Shown: piece by piece, positions 12,660-24,719 of the stretch
How positions within the stretch are numbered: the first letter of the stretch is position 1
Layout: every line of letters starts with the position of its first letter
Source of the DNA: Selaginella moellendorffii
Taxonomy: Eukaryota; Plantae; Lycopodiophyta
Length of the DNA stretch: 64,000 nucleotides
Direction of reading: 5' to 3'
Assembly: GCF_000143415.4 (NCBI RefSeq)
Contig: NW_003314297.1
Span: 310,001 to 374,000 of the forward strand
The notes under the pieces: model-generated
Database searches by the model: none
What the model was told of the DNA's origin: nothing
What the model saw: the letters and a program-made list of their open reading frames with translations, nothing else
Made by a program: the position numbers and the translations under genes

Positions 12660-13668
12660 ATGAGGAAGGCGGCAGGGGATGCTCTGAAGCAGGCTTTCAT
12701 GTCGAGGGAGGATTACGAGAGCCTGCCTGTGGGAAACAAAGTGTGGGACAACCTGGCGAGGCCAGTGCTCCTGTGGGCGACGATTGTTCTAGGAACCGCG
12801 GTGTTTGTCGCTGGGATCGCCATGACCGCGATGGTTTTCGAGGTAGGGCGGTGGCATTCGTGCTCCAGGAAACGTTTGACGCCATTGCCAGCAGCCTCGC
12901 TCGGTGAATCGCGCGCCGCCTATCTCCTCACCCAGGAGGAGGCCAGGATCTACTTCTGGATGGTCATCTTTCTCCCTACCGCGGCTTTCTTCGCGGTGGC
13001 CGTGGTGTATCTAGCATCTGGTAAGCTTGCAAAAGTTCTTTGGATCCCATTGATGGTTTTTTTCTCGCCAGGAATCGTGGTGGCTTACGCAGCTCCAAAG
13101 CGGCATTTCATGGTGAGAGTCGTGGAGAACAGCTGCTGCGCTTCCAAGCGAGGTAACCTCTCCTTTGGAGTTCTTGCTAGCTCTTGATCAAGCTCCCCCA
13201 GGAGGCGTGCGCTGCCTGTCCACTCTCAACTTGAGCTTCATGGTGGCCGCCATCCTCATGGCGCTCTTCCTGGGCTCCAGCATCGTCACCCTCGACACGG
13301 GCTGCTCGATCGCCCTCTTCTGGTGCTACGAGGTGGTGTGCTGGGGGCTGGTTCTCCTGTTTGGGATCACGGCCTTCTTCTTGCACCGAAAGGCGGCGGT
13401 GGTGATGGACGAGGGCCAGCACTTTGGCAGCCGGACGGTGGGCATGGAGATGCTCGAGGCCAGCGCGGTGCCGCCTTATGAGATGGAGAGGAGAGTGAAC
13501 GCCGGGTTCCGGAGCTGGATGGGATCGTCGTCGGTGCTGTCTTCGTCGGACGAGGGCGAGGTGGACGAGATATTCGGGGAGAGTTTTGGGCTGGACGACG
13601 ACGATGTATGGGACGAAGAACAAGGGGTCATGCACGTCCGGAGCAACAATGATATTACCAGGGGGTGA
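12660..13668 (+). CDS. Uncharacterised plant multi-pass membrane protein (3 exons)
   Basis: Several hydrophobic helices, a CCASKRGG-VRCL segment, an acidic tail, and two short GT-AG introns (~13021-13071, ~13153-13201). Confidence 0.8.
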
Positions 13669-14157
13669 TATCAAAAGTTTGCAGATCTTTATCATGTGTA
13701 CATTTTGTTGATTGGAAGTCTTTTTGACAGACTTTTCCTCTTTTGTGTCCAACGTTTTTGGAAAAAGCGCTAGTTCTGGAATCCCAAAGTTTATCGACTT
13801 ACTAATTTTTTTATTTTTTATTTTCTGTGTTTTCTACTTTTATGTACTAATGAAATAAGGATTAAATCCCCAAACTAAGTGGCCACAAAAGTTAGTTAAG
13901 CAATCTTTTTTAGCTAATCTTTTTGGGCTTGATAACTTAACTTTATAAGTCAATTGTGAGATAATAAACTTTAGTCTAACTAAATAATTTATTATATAAA
14001 AAACATGAAAATTGTTGTTTAAAAATAATTTACTGCATATTTTGGGTTACTTAACTGGTTCACATAGCCAGGAATGAATTGATCAAATTGAAGTTATAAT
14101 TTCTAAACATAGGATTAATCAACTATTAAATGGTAGAATAAACTAGAATATAGGATG

Positions 14158-14340
14158 TGTGAGTGCTTGGGATATAAGAATAAATATATTAATTGAAGTT
14201 TAAACCTGCTTATTTATGAAAATGGATGGACCAAATTCAGTCCTCTAAATGAACGGTCCATATATTATAGTACTATAATTAATGTATTACCTAGCCAGAG
14301 TAATATATATTATATACATATATTTTACAAACTTTATACC
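14158..14340 (+). repeat. Dispersed direct repeat, copy 1 (possible LTR remnant)
   Basis: TGTGAGTGCTT..GATAT..GAATAAATATATTAATTG...GACCAAATT.AGTCC...CATATA.TATAGTACTATAATTA is shared with 19612-19717; its 3' part is shared with 16331-16438. Confidence 0.75.
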
Positions 14341-16330
14341 GTTTTTCCCTTTGAAAGATGAAAAGGTAATGATAATAAGTTAGATGAAACATTTGGAGTT
14401 TCTATTAAGTAATTATAAACTATCACAAGAATCTGAAACTCCCACAAAACCACCAACAAAGTTGTTGACAACCATGATTAAAACAAAATTCAAAGTTATG
14501 ACACAAACATTCACTGACTACAGAATTCTAGTAAATTAGTTGTAACTCGATATGCAACTACCAAATGCTTAAATCAACCATAAAGCTATAATTTTGAACC
14601 GAAGCAAAAGACTTTGAAAGTTATTATAATTTATAAATCACCATTGTAGCAAATAATACATTCCATCTCTAAGTTTGTTTATCAACGATCCTTCAAAACC
14701 ACCATTAGCTTGGACTCATAACTATAAATAGAATTTGCTTTTGCATCTTCCCTTTGGTCAATATTTGAGGCTCATATTAATTTAAACTCATTACTATTGT
14801 CCATATTTAGCATTGTATATGAGAGGTTGGATTGTTTTCCACATCCTCTTTATTGCCTTTTTGAAGGAAATTTTTTTCTTTTAAGCTTGTTCGAACTTGT
14901 TATATTTGTCTTCACTCTACCATCTTTATTCGGCCTCACTTCATTATTACATTTATTTGGCTTCACTAAATTAGGGTTAAATATGCCATTTGGGCTTGTT
15001 ATGTTCATCCTCACTTCACAATTTATATTGTTTGTCTTTGCTCCACTACTATATCCATTTATCCTTACTCTTGGGGCCAAACTTGCATCCATCCCCTCTC
15101 AACCCTCCTTTGAAGAAAAAAAAGTTTAAAGTATTGGGGCAAAAAAGAGAAAGCAAGAAAAGGGAGGAAAAAACATTGTGAAAGAAAAAAAAATGAACAA
15201 AAAAGCATTTGAAAAGGAATTTTCAACAATTGTCAAAGTAGAAATGGGGAGAAAAGAAGGAAATATATTTAAAGTTTGGAGAATAGAAGATCTATTATAA
15301 TAAAATGCTTTGGCTAATATAAGATAAACAAAAGATTCACATTGCTCAACTTCTTCAATACATAAGTTAACACTTAAGACATAAAAACTAATAAAGAAGT
15401 CCACACTTTCAAGATAACCCCTCAATGATAAAATAAAAGCTCTTACATTCACTCAACCTGAAATTTTAACCAAAGTGACTTAACATTTAGAATAGGGAAT
15501 ATTTAATACTAGAATTGATTCTCAACTTCATGTAAATACTCAAACATCTAAATTAGTATAAGAAGGATAGAAAACACTTAACTCAACATCAGATTATAAA
15601 TGAAAATCATAAAAGTCAGAAATGATTAATGTGCCAAGAGAAGGAAATATTGCAAACGAGGAAGGAACACTACGAACATGAGAAAGTGGCTTAAACCAAG
15701 AAATAAAAAAAGGTTGGGAAAGAGTAGAAAATAAAGTAAAAAGATCAAATGACAAATTAAAGATTGACACTTACCCTGCGAATCTTTAAAGCTTTCTTCA
15801 TAATAATCAAGTTCCTCATCACAATTCAGAATCCATTTGAGTTAGTAAACATTATTTTCCTATAAACTTGATCCTTGAACATTCTCCAAAAATTGGATTG
15901 TATCATCTATAGCTTACCAATTGATATCATGATTATGCTCCATATTAACAGAAGATGGCAAAACACCGAGAACAAGACAAGCTATATAATCACATCCCAT
16001 AGAAGTTGGAAATGGCAACACAACTAAAGATAAGTGCAACATAAATATGATGACACCCCACAATACCAAAAACTCAATCCAATTGTATAACATCAACAAC
16101 CTTAAATGATATATTCTTTGATTGATAATTGTGGTAGAAGAAGAGAATGTAATGAAAATTATAAGAAAGAATAGATTTAAGCATAGTGATAGTTAAAATT
16201 CTAGATCTTACAAAAATATAATGCAAATATTGATCTAAAAGAGAATGAAGAAATAAGAATAAAAATATGATCCTGAACACTATAGCAAAGCATTGCTGAA
16301 AAGCTTTGCCCTTTAGAGACAAATTGCAAT

Positions 16331-16438
16331 AGATGGACAAATTGCAAATAGACAGTCTATATACTATAGTATTATAATTAATGTATTATCTAGCTAGAGT
16401 AATATATGTAATATATACATATATTTACAAACTTTATA
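16331..16438 (+). repeat. Dispersed direct repeat, partial copy 2
   Basis: TATAGTATTATAATTAATGTATTATCTAGCTAGAGTAATATATG...TTTACAAACTTTATA closely matches ~14265-14338. Confidence 0.8.
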
Positions 16439-16799
16439 GATGTTTATAAGCTATAAATACAAGATCAATCTAAATGAATAACAACTATTATATGGTAGAA
16501 CATCCCAAAATATCTAATACTCAAGATATTTCCTACAGGTTTAACAATAACTAATAATATTGCTTATTCCCTTTAAAATTTATATATATTTATATATTTA
16601 TTATGCATTACAAGCAATAACAGTTATTTATCTTTTCTAAATATTGAAAAGGTTAGAAATAATAATTTATTTATAATAATTGTTATATTCTCATTTTTAT
16701 AAGATTGCTCTAACTTGCAATCTAAATTTTTATGGTTATGAGATTGCTCTAACCTACAAAAAAAAATTGTTAGAAATAATAATTTGTATTAGTACCTTT

Positions 16800-18650
16800 A
16801 AAATGGACTTGGCATTTGCTCAAACAATACACCACTTATATCAAGAGTTTGCATTAGGTAAAGCATATATATTTCAATCCATTGAGTAGAAATAAAATGC
16901 AATGATGTATTGTGCCCTATGGAGGATTGTAGAAAAGACCCTTTCAAGTTGAAAATGACCAATTCAAACATAAGATATGTGGAATTATGGAAATATTAAA
17001 CTGCTGATATTTTCCATAAGTTTTTATATACTTAGACATATCTAGGCATATCTAAGGCCAAAAAACTACTAGCAAACTCTCTCTATAAAATGTAGCTATG
17101 AGTTAATATAAGATATAGGTTCTATTAATTGATACTTAACATAATCATCAATATACATCAACATATCATCACCACCTTAAATTTCTTTGCATACACAAAA
17201 GGTTGGGATTATTACAAGACTCACTACCATCAAAAACATTTTACAACCAGCTAATTTATCACTCTTCCTTTTGGGTAGTGTGCATCTTTGGTGTTGGCCA
17301 CAATTGAAGGATTACCTCCACACTTTAAGAATACATTGCCTAGCCATCATCAAGTTGTGAAGAGAAAGAGTGCGGATGATACACCATGACAAACTTAGTG
17401 CCATAGTGTAATAAGTTAAATGCCTTTGAAAATTTTTTACACTTAAGAATTGAAGTCACTACCATATGATTTGTTTCAACCAATTATTAAATCTATAGAG
17501 ATAGGCATAGAACTTGAAAATTCACATATCACTACCAAACACTCATTATATATGGCTAAGTACTTCTTATGAGTAAATGACTAGTATAAGCAATAGGATG
17601 TCATTGCCATGACCTATCCCCAGATTCTTGCATCAAATTAGCACCTAAGCTAGCATTAGAAACATCTATTTGAAGAATAAATCTTTGTGAGAAATCAAGA
17701 TATTGGAAGATTAGTGTTGTAGTCAATAATTGTTTAACCTTCATACAAGCATGTTAGCAATGATGAGACCACTTATAAGACAAATCATGGCAAAGAAAAT
17801 CTGTAGCATTTTAGGAGAACTAAGAGACAAACCTTACCAAATAAGTGACCAATTTGTGCAACTTAGCAATATTCATCCACTAGACATATGTTCTTTGGAT
17901 CTGGTTATACACCTTAAGTCTTGATTAAACTTACATTTACTTCTCAAGTTGATGTAACACTCATTTCATATGACATAAGTGATCCTCCCAATAATTCATA
18001 CACATGATTTATTGATAGTATGCATGAGCAAACTTTTTAAACCCCTTGAGCATCTCATCCATTATATGTTGAAATGTGGCAAAAGCCCTAATCAAACTCA
18101 TGAAATCCAATAGGCATGTGAAAAGCAATTTTCACAACATCTATAAGATCCATTAGGATTTACTGATACTTTAATAAATCAAATATTATGAAGTACTGAT
18201 TATTGCCTAACTCATTCATCAAATCATCCACCTATGGTAAGGGGTAAAAGTCAAGTAGAGTGATATCATTAAAATGCTAATGATCAATTGGTACCATTAG
18301 ACTTTTGTATTAAATATAGCTTTATTGCTTAAGGATTATAAAACTAATATATCACTCATAAGTCAAGCATTTGTCTTTTTATTAAGGTCGAAGTCCCATC
18401 TTGAATCTCAAGTGCAAAAACTATAATAAGTATGCATATTAAACTATCAAGGGTTTATTTTCAGTTGGTAGCCAAGATGAAGTTTTAAGTAGGCAGTGCA
18501 CTAAAAGATGCTAAGGCCAAAATGATAACACTCAAGTCAAGCATACTTGGAGATTAAGTCATGGATGCCTTAACTATTTGCCATAATCCTCTTCTTTCTC
18601 CATAAATCCTTCATTATTCCTCCCCAAGGTTATAAATGATATCTCCTTCC
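16800..18650 (-). mobile_element. Degenerate Ty3/gypsy pol (RT, RNase H, integrase remnants)
   Basis: Minus-strand remnants: FNDITLLDFYPLP*VDDLMNELG...YFIIFDL...KIAFHMPIGFHEF...AFATFQHIMDEMLKG (RT, ~17950-18300); FILQIDVSNASLGANLMQE...HPIAYTS (RNase H, ~17580-17690); a weaker integrase-like trace near 16850-16950. The order is gypsy-type. Boundaries are approximate. Confidence 0.85.
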
Positions 18651-19052
18651 TCTCCTATATAATCGTGTCCTCTCCTAGAAGAGTCATCAACTTTCACTAT
18701 AATCCACTCTCCTAATCCTAATTGAACTTAAGAGAAAAGAGAGCATGTGAGGAGATTTAAGTGATAGCATTAGATAGACTAGGCTACCCACTAAATCCAG
18801 GATTTTCTCCTTCTAATAGTGTATATCCAAAAGATATAAAAAACAATTCACTTTTGGATATAAAAAACAATTCATTTATATCTTAAAGAATATGAATGAA
18901 AATATGAACAATAAAGTAAAGAAAGAACAACTAGATATCAAGTGGAGCAAAGAAGCCACAAGTCTGAGAAGTCCAAGGAAAAGGAGTAAATAACCACTAC
19001 TTAACCAGATACTAAGGAAAAACTTGAGGAGGATTAAGTGGATTTCTAGTCT

Positions 19053-19330
19053 TTGCCAACACCAACCACAAGAAGTAGAGTAGTAGCAACAACCAGTTTA
19101 GCAACAACCCTAACAACAATAAGCAGAACAACCTCTACAGTAGCAACAGGTATTGATTATGGTAACAACAAATATAAATATACCATCTTTAATGGTATGG
19201 GAAATCCAGACATGCATGTGACAGCATTCAAAAATACATCTACAACAAACAACAAGGTAAGTGTAGTATACTATATCTGAAACCTTTGTAGCAAAACGTG
19301 CACAGACGATATGTTGTAAGCATGAAAGCC
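19053..19330 (+). mobile_element. Retrotransposon gag-like fragment
   Basis: KYKYTIFNGMGNPDMHVTAFKN resembles the FxGxxDPDxHxxxF start of retrotransposon gag capsid domains. Confidence 0.5.
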
Positions 19331-19611
19331 AAATGAGCTTGTGCATGATAAATACCTGGTTCACCAGGTCTTGGAATGCCCTCATGGCCAGAATAAATAG
19401 CCTAGGTATTAGTAACTACCAACTAGGTAACATTGCAACCTAGTATATGAGTACCAGTCGGTAGCTGTTAGATTCAATGGTTATATATTTGGTAGCTATT
19501 GATACCTGGGCCATCCATTTGATGGCTACACCCTAAGAAATTTTTTTTGGCAATTTAATACACTTCCCTTATTATTTACATTTGAGCATCATTCTTGGTT
19601 ATATTTCAATT

Positions 19612-19717
19612 TGTGAGTGCTTATGATATGGGAATAAATATATTAATTGCGGTTTAGACCTCTAGACCAAATTTAGTCCCTCATGGACGCTTCATATACT
19701 ATAGTACTATAATTAGT
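19612..19717 (+). repeat. Dispersed direct repeat, copy 3 (truncated by gap)
   Basis: Starts TGTGAGTGCTT like copy 1 and runs into Ns. Confidence 0.75.
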
Positions 19718-20308
19718 NNNNNNNNNNNNNNNNNNNNNNNNNNNNNNNNNNNNNNNNNNNNNNNNNNNNNNNNNNNNNNNNNNNNNNNNNNNNNNNNNNN
19801 NNNNNNNNNNNNNNNNNNNNNNNNNNNNNNNNNNNNNNNNNNNNNNNNNNNNNNNNNNNNNNNNNNNNNNNNNNNNNNNNNNNNNNNNNNNNNNNNNNNN
19901 NNNNNNNNNNNNNNNNNNNNNNNNNNNNNNNNNNNNNNNNNNNNNNNNNNNNNNNNNNNNNNNNNNNNNNNNNNNNNNNNNNNNNNNNNNNNNNNNNNNN
20001 NNNNNNNNNNNNNNNNNNNNNNNNNNNNNNNNNNNNNNNNNNNNNNNNNNNNNNNNNNNNNNNNNNNNNNNNNNNNNNNNNNNNNNNNNNNNNNNNNNNN
20101 NNNNNNNNNNNNNNNNNNNNNNNNNNNNNNNNNNNNNNNNNNNNNNNNNNNNNNNNNNNNNNNNNNNNNNNNNNNNNNNNNNNNNNNNNNNNNNNNNNNN
20201 NNNNNNNNNNNNNNNNNNNNNNNNNNNNNNNNNNNNNNNNNNNNNNNNNNNNNNNNNNNNNNNNNNNNNNNNNNNNNNNNNNNNNNNNNNNNNNNNNNNN
20301 NNNNNNNN
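19718..20308. other. Assembly gap
   Basis: Run of N. Confidence 1.
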
Positions 20309-21647
20309 AGTGGTTACATTATATTTGATGTAGTGCTGACTAGAATCATCGTACTAAAATCAAACAACATTTAGAATCCTTGACTAGGTGGGATACGAAT
20401 ATGGAAGATCTAGAAGACTGAGTTGTGATGACTCTTGAAAACCTTCTCTTCCTTAGCAAGTCATAATTCAGTAGCTCATAAATTTATTACAGGCATAGCA
20501 GCAATGCTTAATTTGCTTTATTTTGTCTCTGGAGTCTCATAAAGGTTTGCAACATAATACACTTCCTAATGTGTGTAAGATTTTTAGGGGCCACTTTTCC
20601 AGATCTTTGAAGCATTGAGCAGGTCCAGATCACTATATCCAACAAAAACAACATATTCTATACCAGTTCCTCTTTTACAAAGATAACTGATGTTACTGCA
20701 AGTGAAAACCATGTCACCTACAACCATTTTTTAAAAGCCACTTAACATTACGTTCCAATTTATTAGATCCTTTTTAGGCATTACATTGAAGGGTATGCAG
20801 TCAAACAGATCCTTGGCTCAATCAATCTTTATTTAATTGAGGTAGTTGTTTTGCATAAAGCTATATACACCATAGTGTTGCGAAGTACACTCCACCATCA
20901 CCATGCAGTTTGGGCGGTGCCTCCTAGAGTGTATTTACTTTTAAAGATCCATCATCTATATCTATACACCTTTATCTGCAGAGCATGATATATCGTTTCC
21001 TAAAGATGCTTCTGGTGTATGCTCTTGGATTGAGCAAACTCACTGTGTGATTGAATGACATGAAGGTGTGTTGGTTTTAGTCATGCTACCAAGTCAAAGA
21101 TCAAACACCGGTTTATAATTAGTTCTAAGTAGCATTAAATTTTATTTACGATATAATTAGAGAAAAAATAATTACAACCACTGTATTAAAGAATATTTTA
21201 AAATATACTTGAATATTTTAAGAATATGCATTACATCCCAACATCACTTGTGTTCTATGTCAGCAGGAACATCTCTTGCAAAAATTGGATGACCGAGTCA
21301 CTCTTGTTCCTCTAAAGAGAAAAGAAAGGATGAAAGAAAAACAAAAAGCTAATTTCATCCATCAAATCGCGCATTGTCAGTGAAGCTGACGCCACCGGAA
21401 CAAATCTGGGGGTGAGAGAGAGAGAGCCGCCCGTCCAAGAAATCCAAGAAAAAAACAAGCGAAATGAGGCTCGAAATCAGGAATAATCGCTTCGATTGCG
21501 ATGGATGCGTCGTCCTCTCGGCGATTGAAGGCTTTTCAAGCGAGAAACACCAATCCTGATGCAGGCATCAGCGGCATCTGACACGCCACCGTTAAAACCG
21601 ACGGCAGAGAAACTTCAGGCTCAGTGGCACAAGCATTGTTTCATTTC

Positions 21648-22241
21648 TTATTTGTTTCTCTTGAGCACTCTAGCTCGGCTATTGCTGAAGAAATTTTCAA
21701 CCTGAAACATCATGAAAATGATAAACAAAAAAGAAACATCAATAATCTTACCTGTTTCTTCGTGATGCCCAAGTCTTGTGCAAACTTCAGTTTTTGTTCT
21801 TTGCTTGGAAACCTGCAGGCATTCAAGCTTAGATCCTGGCAAGCCCAGAGATTGATAGAGCTTACGGGTTCTGCCGATAAGCATAGAGCCATGAAAGCAT
21901 AACTTCAACTGCCTGTTTGGGCAGATTTCCCCTCGTTCCCGAGAGCTCTCGTCTGCGTTTTAGAGTTGTTGCCGGGGATTCCTGGCAGCCTTTCTCGCCA
22001 GCACTGTTGTCTTCGTCTAGCTCGATCAGGAACTCTTGGAGATCATGCTCTTTGGACAGATTGCCCCTCGTGCCTTTCTCGCTGGCACTTTTGTCTTCGT
22101 CTAGCTTCATCAGGAACTCTTGGAGATCATCGTCTTCAAACTGGCCTGTTATCGGAAGCGTTCCTGGAAAACAGCACTGTGAGAAACTGGCACTTGGTGA
22201 GAAACTAGCAGAGAAAAATGGTGGTTACCCGAGCTTGCCAT
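21648..22241 (-). CDS. Small divergent TALE-class homeodomain protein (141 aa, 4 exons)
   Basis: Exons 22241-22229, 22163-21866, 21812-21752 and 21701-21648, with GT-AG introns of 65, 53 and 50 nt, join to a 426-nt ORF ending KRRRELSGTRGNLPKQAVEVMLSWLYAYRQNPFPSKEQKLKFAQDLGITKKQVENFFSNSRARVLKRNK*. Confidence 0.85.
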
Positions 22242-24719
22242 AGGTGATGATCAAGAGAGTAATGAAATATCACACATAATAGGGTGGGAATCGATTGCTA
22301 GCTCGATGGTTGCTCGAGCTCGGCTAAGAAAATGAACGGCCGCACCACCTGAGCAAGAAAATATCGCACCGAACCAATCCATTAATTAACACAATTTAAT
22401 TCAGACGGCCTATGCGGTAGAATCGAAACCCGTCAATCCATCCTTGGAAACATGACTCGCGCGCTTTGGTTTCGGTCGTGAGTGAATCAGTGACCACCAA
22501 GATGCTGCTTTGCTATGATCAATTTTAAAAAGATGCAATAAAAACCGATAGCTAGCTGTTTTGGAGCTAAGAAAATATTTAGTTCAAAGTGCCTTTCATA
22601 TACCACCATTAGGATGCTTGCAGTGGCCATGCATCCCCACCGCGATTGCTGTCGCCCCGCGAGCGTTCTTGGGGAAGTTTCTCGTCGGGACCGGCGTGGA
22701 ATAGGCGGAGAGGATGTTCGAGTCAGCATACTTGCGCAATTTCCACTGCCATCAGCGCCACTGGAATTTTGTGATCTCCGCCTCTTGATCCAGCATGGCG
22801 AATCGATCAATCCGTGAACAACTGCGAATGAGCATGCACGCATAGTTCAGTGGATGAACTTGATCCGCCAGAGGAAGCTCATGCCAATGCTTTTCCTTCC
22901 TCTTAAGATTATAGCTAACCCGCTTGGTTCTCGAGTTTGATTACAAATCTTGCAAATCAAAAGCATGAAGTACCTTCATCTTATTGCAGCTGGTTTAAAA
23001 GAGCCGATTTCTCTTCACTCGAAAACGAACAGCACCTGGCCACTGGAATCTCCTCCTCCACAAGTGTGACAGGTCTGGAAATCAGTTCCAGCCAGAAAAA
23101 CCACCACAAACTTGTGTTGAAGCTCTCTTTGACTCTGCTGGCTCGACCACCAAGCGCGTGTAAAAATATAGCAGCAAACGCTTTATGAATTTTGGTTCGC
23201 TTTAGGATTTTACCTCTGCATTTTGCATTTCTCATTTCCCGCTAAATTTTGAATTGCTTATGCATCCAGAGAAAAGAGACGAACCTCCAGCAATCGATCC
23301 TGCCTGCCTGCCCGTCCAACAAAACCAAGAAACAAAAACAAGCAAATTGAGGCTTGAAATCGCTCGTCGCGTAGCTCAGAATCATCCGCTTCGATCGCGT
23401 CCTCTCGTCGCGATTGGGGCAATGCACATACACGTCAGATTTGATGGGCATCAAAACGGCAAATTTTTTATTGTGTTTCTTTATGTTAAAATCTCTAATT
23501 AGGTTTTGTCTGAAATCAAACTCGAAAATTTAAAGAGTCACTAGAACTTTTGTGTTGAAATGTAGATTTTTTTTTATGTATGTGCTTTTTCAGTACAAGT
23601 TTGTACATCCTTGCACAAGTTTATATATCCTTGCACCATCCAAAGCTTACAGGTGTGGCCGGGTGCTCATGATCTTTAAGAGGAAATGTATGGTGGAAAA
23701 GCAATTATCACAGATCAAAATGTGCATCATATAAAATCATCATAAATAGCACCTGTCCATGTTCTATGAGCGCCCTGTTACATTGAGAAGTCTCTTAAGG
23801 TCAAGTTCTTCGACATCCAGAGACCATTCCAGCAGCTTTGTACATTTTCTTGCCTTGTTCTCTAACAATCCAAGCAGATAAACTCAAGAAGAAAAGAAGA
23901 AGGTTCCTTTTGGAGCTAGCTCCTGGAAAAGATCAATCGACTGGTGGAGGGGTGGTCGCGCCCAAGTTTTCATCCATCCTGAAAGTTCTTGCTTCAAAAA
24001 GAATGGACGCTAGCTTTAGAAATTCCCAGTGCTTAGTGCCGTGATCAAACCAACCAGATGCTCTTCAAATCCTAGGACGAAGGGTAAATAAAGTTCATGT
24101 GTACATATGGTGGCCGGATCATGATGAGCCCACAACTGCTACATCAGCTGCAGCACCCGGATCTTCCTCATCCCTGGACCATCTCTTATATGGAGTGGAG
24201 GCCACTGCGTTCTCTCCCCAGATCGAAAATATGACCTGTAGAAGCATAGCTCGGTTGAAAAATTGCTCTTCTCACCAACGATGGAAGAATACAATCACCT
24301 CAACTTCAAAGATGTGGCTATTGCCTAACACCACAAAGCTTTCCTGGATGCAATAAACAACAACACAATCATTCAGCAAGAGTTCATAGTGTATAGTGAT
24401 TAAATTTATTAAACCTTAGTTGTGTTAAAACTTAAAAACCTAGAACCTAATAGCATTAATAACAAATACTCAAATTGATGTATTGATTTTTAATGGCAAA
24501 CCAAAAACGAAAGATTATAAAGAAGTCAGTGGAAGAATTTTTTGACTTTTATCCATTCCTTTTAATATTTGTAATTTCAAAGCAATAAATTGAACTGTTT
24601 GAAATGTTTGAACACGAAAGGTGATGTCTTTGATAGACAAATAAATTGCAATTTAATTTTCTTTAATTAAGAAAGATTTGTGGTTTATAATATTCCATTA
24701 CATGCTTTCATTGTGTTGC

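Noticed and set aside
22244-22352. Possible C/D snoRNA (GTGATGA...CTGA) with GAACGGCC-GCACCACC resembling the complement of 18S rRNA helix 34
   Set aside because: Contiguous pairing next to the D box is only ~7 nt and needs a 2-nt bulge; there is no clear terminal stem; it lies antisense just upstream of the TALE start; such a match is plausible by chance.
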